A program made the translations under genes and the position numbers. A stretch of DNA of 56,121 bases, filler included, from Sphacelaria rigidula (Eukaryota): NCBI GenBank assembly GCA_964200075.2. It is 5 parts of 5 records of this genome, joined end to end, with 100 filler letters (N's around TTAATTAATTAA, not from the genome) between each part and the next. Parts side by side here need not be neighbours in the genome. Positions count along the whole stretch, not along the records: positions 33,735 to 44,878 come from CAXNAA020005328.1; positions 44,979 to 56,121 come from CAXNAA020005329.1; 3 more parts are not named here. One strand, written 5' to 3'. The stretch's first letter is position 1. Every line of letters starts with the position of its first letter. Below, piece by piece: positions 38,859 through 51,100 of this stretch. The notes under the pieces are model-generated. The model was not told the origin of the DNA. It ran no database searches and was given only the letters and a program-made list of their open reading frames with translations.

Positions 38859-39615
38859 CTCCCTCTGTCCGGGGATATAAGATCGGTATGGATGTCCGGA
38901 ATATAAGATCGGTTTCTACTATATGCCCCGAAGTAGGTGAGCTAGCCGTTGTAGCAGGTCCTACAGGTTGTATATATGATAGTAGATGAAACTGGATGAA
39001 AAGGAAATAATCCGCTCTAAAGGGGGGGGGTGTCATTATCCCCGGGTAGGTGAAATTGTGGAAAATCCAGCAAAATTGTACTCGGCCATAGAAAAAGACG
39101 AACTGCGGACGCTGAAGATGCATCCCTACAGACGAAAGGAACGGCTTTCTGGGCGTGTTCAAGAAAGCAACGCCCCGCATATGTCGAGTGGAAAAGCTCG
39201 GACATCAATTTCGTGGGGGCCGGGGGGTCAAGTTGTCGTGTGGACAGCGTCGTGTCGCGGCCACAGCGGTAGTGGATTGTCGCTCTTCACAGATGCCGAA
39301 TCACGTGCAGCTCTTTCGAAGCTATCGAGGTTCTTGCGTTTTGACACCTGGGAGGCACTCCCAGCAGAGGACATGCCTCACCAGAGGATTGGAAGGCTTT
39401 TGACCTGGTCCTCAAAGTTTGTGTGGTGATTTCGAGCGACTTGTGCCGGGGTGGGCTACAATTTTTTGGTTTGTGCTAAAACAAAAAACCGGTTCTACGG
39501 GCTCGGCGTGAGTGCGGCGAAACCGGGCAAAAAAACGGTTCAGAAAAAATGTCCCGTGGTCCCAAGATGTCCCACTTTTTGTCCATATCGTTCTTATATT
39601 CCCGGACAGAGGGAG
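38859..39615. mobile_element. Stowaway-like (Tc1/mariner) MITE
   Basis: 34-bp TIR CTCCCTCTGTCCGGG(G/A)ATATAAGA(T/A)CG(G/A)TATGGA with 3 mismatches; flanked by TA and TG. Confidence 0.8.
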
Positions 39616-39690
39616 TGTATACTTAATCTTATCGAGTATATGTGTAAATATTTGAAAAAAAAAGCGTCGTGCGTTGTGTCACAAAAACAG

Positions 39691-40888
39691 GAGAAGCGAG
39701 GGCGAGGATGCAAGACCGGAACAGGTGGAGGAGCGGGAGCGGGAGAAGCAGGGAGGACGTACTTGGACAACAGGATCAACAGCAACACATAGCGACGGTG
39801 GCATTGCCGGCGAGTTCGAAGAGAAGGCGACGGGTGAAAAAATCCCGTCCGCCCCGGCAGGCGCCGAAGCATTGGCCGAAGCACCCGATACTCCCATCTC
39901 AAACACCAGCTCCGGCGACGACGACAGTGGCATCCGCCTATTGTTATCCTCCACTCCCCCGCGTCAGAGGGAAACCCTGAGCGTCGATCTTCTTCAAAGC
40001 GCAAGCCGTCCCGGCGGCGCCATCGCACCCGTCACCACGTCATCCGCCAAAGCAGTTGGTGGTGCTGCGGCCGTCCCCTCTCCCCCAACCCCCCGCACTG
40101 AGTCGTCGTCTCCAGCCACCGCCACCCCCGTGAGCATCCGGGGGGGATCTCGGCGCTCTACCGCCGGGGGGGCGGGTGGACGGGCGGGCACCCCGTTTCG
40201 TCGGCAATCGCCCACCGTCGCGGCGTCGGCGGGGGCGGGCGTGTCTGCGCCGGTATCGACGGCCGTTGAAACCGTCGGGTATTCATCGCCTTTTTCATCA
40301 CCGCCTTCGTCTTCTTCGTCTCCCTCTTTCTTATTTTTCCAGCATCAGCATCAGCAACCGAATTCGAAGTTGAAGTCGAAACAAGAACAGCAACGACGAG
40401 AACATCTGCCGAGCAAGCCGGAGCTTCCCATGGCGGTGATACCACTGTCGGCGTTGGCCGCGGGGGCGTCGACGACGGCCGGAGTAGAAGCAACAGCGGG
40501 AGGAGGCAATGGCAGCGGCGGCGGTGGCGGCGACGCAGGTGGTGGTAGCCAGAGTAGTGGTGCTGTTGTAGGGGGCGGTGGGTTTCCAACACATCGGGCG
40601 GCGAGGGAGAGCGGCATCTTGGTGCCCAGCGAGTCCCTTGATCGCAGCTGTGCATTTGTCGTGTTCGTGTCACATCGATGGGTGGCGGACGGAGGGGATC
40701 CAGGCGGGGGGGATGTCAGTGAGGACGGGGGGGGGGCTGAGGGCGGCGCCGGCGGCATGGGGGCGTGTAAACCTGATGTTGGATCGGCGAAGCACGCGCT
40801 TGTGTTGGAAGGGTTAAGCGCGCTGATGCCGACGCTGCCGCGAGGTGTCACCGTGTACGTCTGGATCGACTGTTCCTGCATTGATCAG
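39691..40888 (+). CDS. Large internal exon: S/T/P/G-rich low-complexity region followed by the N-terminal half of a HET/TIR-like domain
   Basis: Lies within the 442-codon ORF, with acceptor AAACAG at 39690 and donor CAG|gtgcca at 40888. Motifs VVFVSHRW, KPD...KHALV and VYVWIDCSCIDQ. Flanking exons were not identified. Confidence 0.7.
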
Positions 40889-42024
40889 GTGCCACCCACC
40901 CGCCCTTGCTATAGGTTTTGTTCTTTTTCAAGTTCATATTTACTCCCCGGAAGAGAGGCTGGAAAAAACTTTGGCCAGTACTTTCCCCCGTTCCTCGGGT
41001 AATTGTGATGAATTCCCCGAAGGTACGATCCCACCGTCGTTTCCTTGGTCATGTGGGACAAGTACCCCACCGTGAGAATGTTCCATGACTTGGATAGTGT
41101 GGTAATCTCACCCAATCAAGAGAAGAAAAATCGAGTATCCATACCCCCTCGGAAAAGCTCTCACAACGTCAACCAACGAAAATTGCCCCTCTGACTCTTG
41201 AGTTGCGATATCGAGATAGAAAGATGCACCGGTCAACAGGTTCTCCAGAAAAAAAAAACACGTATGAGCATACTCTGTTTCGAGATCGATGCCTTCCTTC
41301 ACCCTTTTGGAACCGTTAATGGAAAATTGACGATTTACCATTGACGTTTTATGGGCAAGATAGGGTTGTTTTTCTCCAAGTGTGGATGATACAGCCCACC
41401 AAAAGGGTGCACCACTCTTACTTCAGGTGTACTGATATTACAGATTCGTGCACCGAACTCAAAGTGATGTTTTTTCCGGTGACGAAAGCTCGCATATGGA
41501 AGTTCGCACTGTTTTCCGCGAGTTTCAAAAGAGTTAACTAGCCCCTTGGGCACACCAGACGTCGTTTCGACAGCATGTTGGCCGGTAAATGTTCAACATC
41601 AGTAACCCCAACGCTATGGATAAGCAGCTCCTCTCCGTTTGCAATTATCGGTTGCGATGATTCCATAAAAATTTCTTTGATGCCCGGTCCTTTAATCATG
41701 TGACTCGTTCCACCAAATCAGCTGTTCTACACATATTTACAGCGGTTAAGATTGATCTGCGGCAGATTTGTGGCATGTAGCGCGCGAGGAGTTGGTGAGC
41801 CAGTGTGAAACAGACTCTTCGAAGAAAAAGAAAGATGGGATAAATAGATTAATATATATACATGAACACAATTGACACACTTTTCGGGCCGTTGTTTGAG
41901 CCAACGTCTGAAAATCCGCGCCCCTTGAACAGAGTCTCCCAAAAACCAAACTAAACGCCAACCGTGTTCTATCATTGATTGTTGCGGGGACGAAGCTCAA
42001 GTGATCAAGTAGAGCCCTCCTGAC

Positions 42025-42200
42025 GGGGAGGGGGGGGGGAAGAGGGGTACTCATTTGTTGCTCGTCTTGGTCGTTTGACCATTGGACACGCATCCCTTTT
42101 GAGACGGAGCACCCTCTGTCCGGGGGGGGAGGGGCAGGTGCGTCCTTATTTGCTTCTTGCTTCAAGTCATCCAACAATTGACCACGCATCCCTTTCGAAA
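42025..42200 (-). mobile_element. Two stacked family L retroelement 3' ends separated by C/G tracts
   Basis: Both match TTGCTTGCCTTAGTCGTTTGACCATTGACCACGCATCCCTTTCGAGAC loosely. Confidence 0.6.
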
Positions 42201-42814
42201 CAGAGGGGGGGCGGGGGGGGGGGCGTCCTCTGATTGTTACTGAGAAAGAACGTGCTGCTTTTTGCCTCGCCGGTCAGTGCGGGCTATGACAACACAAACG
42301 TGTTGCTGTGTCGTGGTGGGCTGCTTAATTTCATTGGACCAGCTAATCAATGAAGCATTCTCAATCAACCTACAATCCTTGAATCTCGCGAGCTCCAGGT
42401 ACTGTACTGTACTGCAGATCGGCGCTCGTCCGACCTCTGGGGAAAACATCCGAGATTCACATAATTATGTCGACCCAAATTTCACGAGCTAGGAGTTGAA
42501 AAACACGGGTCATTACACGGCGTTATGCTGTCGTCGGGATGAGTACTCCGCAAACAGAGAGGAGGAGCTGCTTGCTCAGGTGAAGATCTTTTGGACGGGA
42601 CATTAACTATTCCGAAAAGATGTCTCTCGCTCAACGGGGGTTGAACCTTCTGACCGCTTTCCCCGAAACAGACGGGTTCATGCTGTGTGATGTTTGTTTG
42701 TTTGATGGATTGACTGTCGAACTTGAACTGACCCCCCAGGGGTCCAGCCGTGGATGTACAACTGTATATATTTCCTTTCTGAATTTTAGTGGGATGAAGC
42801 ATCGTTAAAAGCTA

Positions 42815-43427
42815 CGAGCTGGGCCAGCCAACAGTGGGTGATTTTCTCGCTCAGGCTACACACGGCGTGATATCAGGCGTTGGACGCTGAAATTTTGACA
42901 GCAGCTTTTCGTAATCGACATGAAGAACATCCTGTGAGCAGCAAGTAAATGAATAAAAAAGTCATGGGATTTGAAATTTCAGCAAAAACTAAAGGGTGTC
43001 ATGAGTCCAAGAAGAAAATGAGAGTCTGCAGCTGCTCGCAGGATGTATCATTTTCCTGGGTGCACAAGGTCTCCGTGAAATTTCAGTTCGAGATTCTTCG
43101 AATTAGGCCGTGCGCGCAACGTTTTGCGTGACCCTGCTGCACCCCTATAGTTTAGGCGATGGGAGACACCTGTTATGGAGGATGAGTTCGAATCCCGACA
43201 GATTCTCTTTTTTTTTTTCGTCCGTCGTTAAGGTCATATATTATGTAGTACGTTTTCATTCTTCACTCAGCGACGGTGCCGTGTGTCACCAGGTTGGTCT
43301 ACACTTCACAGTGATATGCTTACATTGGGTTCATTCGNNNNNNNNNNGCTCTCCACTCGTTCCTTCCACAACCCTCTTCAGCTCTGGTGAGAGCACTTTG
43401 TTACAGCTTTTAAGCTGGCCCAGCTCG
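42815..43427. mobile_element. Non-autonomous TIR element with CGAGCTGGGCCAGC termini
   Basis: TA|CGAGCTGGGCCAGCC...GCTGGCCCAGCTCG. The left 300 bp are repeated at 44570-44878. Confidence 0.55.
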
Positions 43428-44326
43428 GACCCGCTTGTCGCGGCATATCAACGTGATCGTAACCTAGGTATAGTAGTAGATGACACGGTGTGTACTGATA
43501 ACACCCCCTTGGTTATGATGGCATTCTTTTTTTTTTTGCACCCCGTTTGCCCAAGTACCGGGGCAGCCACACCCTCCGTCCTAGGATGTTATCATTAGAT
43601 GGAGAGATATCGATTGAATCTCCTCCTTTCGGTACGAAAAGCTAATATTATAGTTATGGTAGTGCGAGACCGGGTGTTTTTATAGTGGAGGGGATCGAGA
43701 TTCAAAGGGCTCGTCGCTCGGGCTGGGGGTGACACATCTCTCGGTCCCGGCACCACCCTTTTCTCGCCCCTCTCGCCCCTTTCTTGTGGCCTGAGGACAC
43801 CAAACACCAAACCAGTAGTGTGACGCCCTCTGCAAGCAGTTGCATTGGCTGCGGGCTTGATCCGACGTACACGGGACACTTGGCTCGGGCAATATATTAT
43901 ACGTACGTTTGCCCCAGTAGAGTACGGCGCGGTCTCGAGTCAACAGCAGATCTTGCCGCATCACTTTTTTTCAATTACCACATCATTTGGTTTTTTTACT
44001 GACTCGCGGTCAACTTGAACCCAGCAGTTTCTCGACAACCTTCTACACAAGTCCTTGGTCTAAGTCCAACAGCATACTCTCAAGATGTGGATCAATCGGC
44101 GTCGTGACTGATATGCTTATCTATAGAATTTAGTATACTACCACCCCGTTATTAGAGAATGGATGGGAATGCGGACAATTTTTTGCCTACACGATCAAAG
44201 GGTGTAGTAGTGGAGTTTTCAATTTTCTTTCCACAGTTTCTTTCTGCCTTGAACGACGTCTCAAGGTGGTGGTTCCTTCAGAGATAGAACGGTCGACCTG
44301 ACCCTCCCCCTCCCCCCCTCTCCCCC

Positions 44327-44878
44327 GCCTGGTCCGGCGAGAATCCGGCGTGCTCCGTTTGACTTTGTAGGGGCGAATACCCCTACGGAGCTGGCGTCGG
44401 TTGATCATGACGCTATAAAACACGCCACTCACGGCGTAAGCTAGACAACCAGGTTACTGATATTTTTTGGCGCGCTTGCGTTTTTTTTGCGGTAACCATC
44501 ATGTTAGTCGAGCTACATCATGTTGTGCGGGGTGAAAAACCTCAACTCCGCACAATGGGGATGATCGTACGAGCTGGGCCAGCCAAGAGTAGGCGTGAGC
44601 CTCGCTCAGGCGACGCACGGCGAGATATTAGAAGTTGGACGCTGAAATTTTGACAGCAGTTCTTCATGATCGAAATGCAGAAGATCACGGGAGCAGCAAA
44701 TAAAAAAATAAAAAAATAAAAGAAGTTATGGGGTTTCGAAATTTCACGATAAAAACTAGATAATGTCTTGAGTCCAGGAAAAAGAAGAGAATCTGCAGCT
44801 GGACTCGTGAAGTATCAGTTCCTTGGGTGCAGAAGGTCTTCCTGAATTTCAGCTCAAGACTCGTCGAATTGGGCCGTG
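44327..44878 (+). repeat. Repeat family B copy directly followed by the left end of a CGAGCTGGGCCAGCC TIR element
   Basis: 44327-44570 matches 6607-6850; 44570-44878 matches 42815-43110. Confidence 0.7.
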
Positions 44879-44978
44879 NNNNNNNNNNNNNNNNNNNNNN
44901 NNNNNNNNNNNNNNNNNNNNNNTTAATTAATTAANNNNNNNNNNNNNNNNNNNNNNNNNNNNNNNNNNNNNNNNNNNN
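44879..44978. other. Artificial scaffold-joining spacer
   Basis: N44-TTAATTAATTAA-N44. Confidence 0.97.
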
Positions 44979-45134
44979 GTCTCGAAAGGGATGCGTGGTG
45001 CATGGTCAAATGACTAAGGCAAGCAACAAATGAGGATGCCCCCCCGCCCCGCCCCCCAACACACACACACATACACGACCCTTTTTGTTTCACCTATCAT
45101 CCAACGTGTTTTTTTCAATTTCAATCATGTACAG

Positions 45135-48100
45135 GCGCAAAGCCAGCGGGCAACTCGTCGGGGACAACAGCAGTTTCCAAAACTACCACTACCTCTTCCT
45201 CAGCCTCTGGAGACCAAAAAAAACAATTCCCCCCGAGTAGTGAGGGAAGCATTGTACAGGACTCTTCACTCGCAATGGAGCTAGACTCCCTTGGCATTGG
45301 AGGCGTCCCCATCGGATTATCCGATGATGTTGTTGCCACGGCCGATGGGACGGTCGAGGACGGGGATGGAGAAAAAACTGGGCAGGTGCGTGGCAGGTAA
45401 CTGGTACGTGTTGGGCGTGGCTTGCACTGTGTTGTGCAAGCTTCGGTGGAGTGGAGAGCGATGGTCCAAGTGAGTGCGAGGTTGCTTGAAGATGCAGGGA
45501 CCATGTTGTTCATTTTCCCGTCTTGCTTGCATTGTACAAGTTCGGCCTTGCGTTGATCTCGGCCGTGTGTGAACCTTCCTCGCATGCGTCTCCTGTCTCC
45601 TGTCTCCTGTTTTTCTCCTTCCCAAGATTCCGGAGGAGCTTTTGAGGCCGAGCTACCTCTTGCTGGAGCCGGTGCGCTACACCCTGGCGGAGATCTTGAG
45701 ACTGTGTCGAAGACCGATGGTTTTGCCGGGGCCCCTTGTCAGATCTTTGCTGCAAGATTTGCTGGGTGCCGTTGCTGTCTGCCATGACCACAACGTGGTG
45801 ATCAAGGCGATTGATGCGGAAAAGGTGAGTGAGTGTATTTAGGGAGAAGTGAAAACTTTCGATAATGGCACAGTATTTTTATTGTCTTAGCTTGGTACAC
45901 TTGGTACACTTGGTACACCAAAATCCGTCTGCGAGCTTGTCCGACTGTCTCACGCGAAGCGAATACGTGGAGCAGGGCCGAGAGTCTGTGGCGAATGAAA
46001 TTCGCCCGTCAAGTACGCTAATATGTTGAGCAAATGCGAATCTATCTGGAGTGAGGCTGCGGTGGGTGCCTTGCAAGTAACTGGAACTCGGGGAGGCAAA
46101 AGGCGAAAATAAACGGAGTCGGTCGGTCTCGTGAGCAGTTCATCCGCTTGTTGTGCTTCTCGCTGCAAGCATCACAAGCGCGCAAAACGCAATAAACTCT
46201 GCACAGCATGTCGAAGCTGACGAAGACATTGAGAGGTGTACGATAGATAGCGACCCCACACTGCCGTTATTATTGCTCATGTGACGTGATGACAAGCCGA
46301 GGCAAAATCTGAAACCTGCTCGTTGTGTCAGTTGTGCTCCGAGGTTTCGCCCTAGGTATACTGTATGGTGGGGTATACAGCGCGCACCCTGGCGAGCACC
46401 TAGCGAGCACTTGAGACTGCCAGTGCCGAAACGATCCGATCGCGATGGTTTCCTCCAGACTGCAACCAATGTATATTCGTATATTTCAACCACTGGACGT
46501 TGGCGACGGATTTGCCAACGTTTTACAGCGGACCTTCATGCCACGTCCCCTGGATCTTTGCACAGGCGTCGTCGTCGTGTCCACAAATAAAAATGGCGTC
46601 TCGTTGGCTGAAAACCGATTTCGATTCTTCACTGACGATGTCTGACATGATCTGTATCGGTAGCGCGACGTGAGATTCGTCACCGTACCGTCATGGGCTG
46701 CATGGGCTGGCTCAATCGACCGCGTCGAGACAGGCGTCCTTGTTGGCTGTTGGCAATTTCGGTTCGTTTTCGTAGGGCAGGTTCGGGCGACACGCTTCTG
46801 TCACCGATATGAATCAGACGGGTTCGTGGGCTGGTTTTTAACCCCGCCTGCCCCCCCGACGGGCAAATTTCAACGTTCGGGCACCCGAAAGTTGTCAACA
46901 GGGCACCGCACAGGACGTAAGGCGGCTTCTTGTCGAAGGTGATCCTCACTTTTCAAAAATATTTTTTTCGGAAATAACTTTTTGAAAACGAGTCCCCCCA
47001 CAACGAGCAGTTTGAGTCGCATGGAGAAGCAACTCTTGTCCAGATCGAAGCCCAGATCTACATGACGATTCAGAAATGCAGCGGTTCTGGACGTGGTCGT
47101 TAGCCCAATGTCTTTGTACTGCTACAGACAGGAGGCGAGAGGGCAATACAACACCCACACACCGAGCCCCGAAAAATCACGCACAGACTCTCACCTCTTA
47201 CGCGCATTAACTCATCCATACATGGCAGTGTTATTCGACGGAAATCCGTCCTGTAGTGGAGGAAAGCCGGCCGCGTGCGTGTCGAATTACAAACGAAAAC
47301 GTGTCGTTGCTGACCGTTCGTGTGCGTGCGCCGTGCGTGAGTCTCACGCTAGTCAACTTTCATTGAATTCTCAACAGATATGAGGAAGATAACGTACAAC
47401 GGGCCCAGCCGACCAGCTACGACTCGAGCTGTGTATTTTGGTTTGCGGGGGCAACGCGTTCCTTACGTTTGCTTCACGTTCGATTATATTGGGTTGTGTG
47501 CCAAGCCTTTGCACATGCACCTGTCAACGAGACATTTCATGTTCCCGTTCGTGGTGTACACAAAAATCACGATCACTTCCGTAAAGTGATTATGAGGATG
47601 TGTTTTTCTTCTTCCTGGCATCACTTTTGCGGAGTGATTTTCGGGCAATTTTCTCGGGGGGGGGGGGGGGGGGTATCGCAGCCACCTGTCACAGGCCGTT
47701 TTTTTCCCAAAAGTGATCATGTGAAGAGTGACGACCATCTTCGATCAGAACCTGCCGGAGTGTTGAATATATGTAACAATCCATCTGTGATTTATTTTGT
47801 CTCCTTGCTTCCTGTAGTAGTGCACTGTTTTACTTGCTAAGGTGCTCCCGATCTTTGGGTCGCAAAAAACAAATGTTACTGTTGCACCAAGCATAGGAGG
47901 TGGGTTTCGATAGGTTCGCGCAAACTCTAACGCGACTGGAGAAGGAGCAAAGGCGTCAGAAGATTTCGCGGTTTGTCCGGAGTTGTTCACAGGCAACCAG
48001 TTGCGCAGCTTCCGTCCATTTCGATCATTGTCGCATTCATGGACAAGTGAACCATCGGAGCGTTGCATGCACGTCAGTCCGCGGCTGCGTGGCCGGTACT

Positions 48101-51100
48101 CCATGGCACAGTAGTATTGTGGCTTTGACACAGCGCGTCCGGTATATCATGGTTGCATGGTTGTACCATTCGGTCCAGGGCATATCGATCCGCACCCCGT
48201 CGCAGCGCAATGTAGCGACTCAACACGCAACTCACGATGACGTTCGCCCTCCTTTCTCATTTCGTTTATCCGTTAATGCTTCAATTCAGTGAACACGGCC
48301 CTCCCAAGAGGTGTGAACTGGGAGCATAAATATATCCTAGGTGTCCTCAATTTCCCGGTTGTTCGTCCTGCTGTCATGCATGCCCATATCATCCTGCACG
48401 CCGTCCCAACCCAACGCAAATCCCACGGCGGACTGCACCCCCTAGTCTCCTGAGTTCTCCCCCCACGGGCTACAAGCCGTGGCTGTCTCTGGAAGTGACG
48501 ATGCCAGAAAATTAAATAACTCCTTGTAGGCTGTCATCCAAATGCAAGATGATGAGTACGCTTCGGGCCGAATAAAATGAGCAGGATACAGGTCACTCTT
48601 CATGCGACTCGCAGAAAACATAACGGCGCTTCGCGCTTGATGATTGATTGCGAGCTTTGTCCGGCGAAAACCCGGCGTGCTCCGTCCTGGCTTTTTAGGG
48701 GTGCGAGGTCAATGACCATATGACCACGGCATGCAAAATCATGAGTAACTCCTTCCCCGCACGGGCTAAAAGAGTTTACCTATGGTCAGTTAGCGTGCCA
48801 GCAGGCACGATCGGGTGTGTGTGTGTGTGAGCGAAACACTGCGGGATGTTTTTCTCTTTCGACTTTCCTACTGGCGATGCTGCACACATACATGCGCATG
48901 TTTCTAGCCGTCCACACGCGCCGTCCAAGAGATTAATTGAAGGAATTTTTAGACGGCACATGCACGGTACATTCTCACCTTGGTAGGACACGAGGGCAGG
49001 ATTGTGTTGACTCGGCATCTGATTGGTCGACCTGCGTGCACGTGATTTGCCTGAGGGATGCCGTTGCGTGTTTGCATGTATAGATTCGGATTTTCAAAGT
49101 GTTTTCCCACACCCTCATGCGGGGCGGAGCGTCTACATGGTGGGACTGCTTGACACTCCCGTGAATTCGCAGAGCACAGCGCTTCCCATCAAGTAGCGTC
49201 GTGAGGCGGTGTAAGCTTTTGGGGGGGGGTCGGCCTATCGCCAAAAGGTAAAGTGTAGACTTCCCGGTGAACCCACGGTCTCATGTCCCTCTGTTTTCAT
49301 ACGGCTGGGACCCAGCATCGTCACACGATTGATGCATTACTTTGGTTGTTGGACATGCTCGCGGTGTGTTTTATCCCTGTCCGTTTGTTCTGCTTTCGTT
49401 GATTGTCATCCCTTGGAAGGTGTTTCTCAACAGCAATGGTAGTCTGAAGCTAGGCTGCTTGGCTCAGGCGATGATGGTTAACTCCAAGGATTCAGGGAGC
49501 GCTGGCGCTGCTGGTGCGAAAGGAGACGGACAGGGAAACGTCAATATGGACGTGGAGGTATGTTGAAACAGAGGCGGGCGACAAACGTGCTGTCGTCATT
49601 TGTCAGTGCTTCAGATATTTATAATGTTTTTTTTTTTGTATGTGTTCTGGCATGGCTGGAGTGTAAGAACTTGTGCTACTGTTGTACGCAGCGTAATTTT
49701 TGGAGAGAACCCAGCGATGCAGCAGCAAACAATCGGCCATGTTTTGTCACGCGTCCCTGCAGCAAACCTCTGCGGGACGAAAAGCTGCTCACAAAGAAGG
49801 CAAGCTGAAATTGAAGAAGGAGAAGCTGGCGAGAGAGAACGCCTCCAAAAAGGTGAGCTGATCTACATGTGACCGGCTCAACGGCAATAATGCATTCCTA
49901 TGATGGACCGCCAACTTGGCGGTATGGGTATGCAGTGCGAGCGGGTTGTTACGAAAATAGTCCGAATCCCCAACAGACCAGAGAACCCGAGGGCGGACAA
50001 AAGACTGACTGCTGCGCCTACTACTTTTTTGCGTCGCATTGTGCCTACTGCATCGTGGTGCTCAGCGAGCGCGCAAGCAATCCACGGCACCCACTCCTGA
50101 GCCGCCATGTGCCGCATCATGTACATAAATAGATAATCAGTTGAACATGCACGAGCGCGTCATTTTTTGTTGTTGTTCGTGCTTTTGCGCCCAACAGGCT
50201 GTGGCTGCGATCCAGAAGGAAGGCGAACCCGCGAAGACTGTTTTGTGGGGCATGGCACCGGAGGTACTTGTGGATCACAAACATCCACATGGACCAGCAA
50301 CAGACATCTGGGCAGTCGGGTGAGTTGACGTGCCCGCGTGCACATTTTTTCAGCACAGAGTGCTGTGTTGACTCGTCATCGGATCAGCCCTGTAGCATCG
50401 GGCAGTGTTGTCTTTACCAAGAGACAAGTTAGAGTGACACCAACTTTTGTAGGTCCCCTCCCGGGTGGTGGATGGATGAAATTTTCAGACCGACTTCTGA
50501 GAGACTCTGTGCGTGTTGTCATCCCATCTATTCTGGACGTCAGTCTATCTATACCTTTCCGTGTATGTGGGCGCATCAGCCGGGCTCACACAGGAGGAAG
50601 GCCACCACGGAAGGTTTTCCTTTTTTATTTTGTTTTTATAATGCTCCACCTTTCTTCTGCCTTGCTTGCCTCAGTGTTGATCGCGAGTGGGGTTCAGCGA
50701 TCCCTTTCCGTCGTAGACCGTGAAGTCGAATTTTGTGTACCCACGACATGGTCACTCTCCACTGTTGGGCATGGTGTGAGAAAAAATCCCAGATCGTGTG
50801 ACTTCACCTAGATTTGAATCCACGACCCAACCGCCAGAAAGTTACGAGGTTACCAACTAAACCACCGGGGCGACCGGGTCTAAATGTACGAAAAAATAGT
50901 TCTCAGGATATATCATTTCAAGGCGATTCTCTGCAAGGTGGTCGAACCTGTTATCCACGGGGTGCGTACAATGATGACGTGACACATGGAGGGTGAAACT
51001 GATCAATAACCCGGTCCTTTGATATCGATGCTCGATAATACACCAGCGCTGTATTTTTTGGGGTGCCACGTTTTCAACCACGTGCAAGTGCTTGAGTGGC

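Noticed and set aside
23517-40888. Immune gene cluster (RNF213-like plus HET-like)
   Set aside because: An artificial spacer at 33635-33734 separates them, so they lie on different scaffolds.
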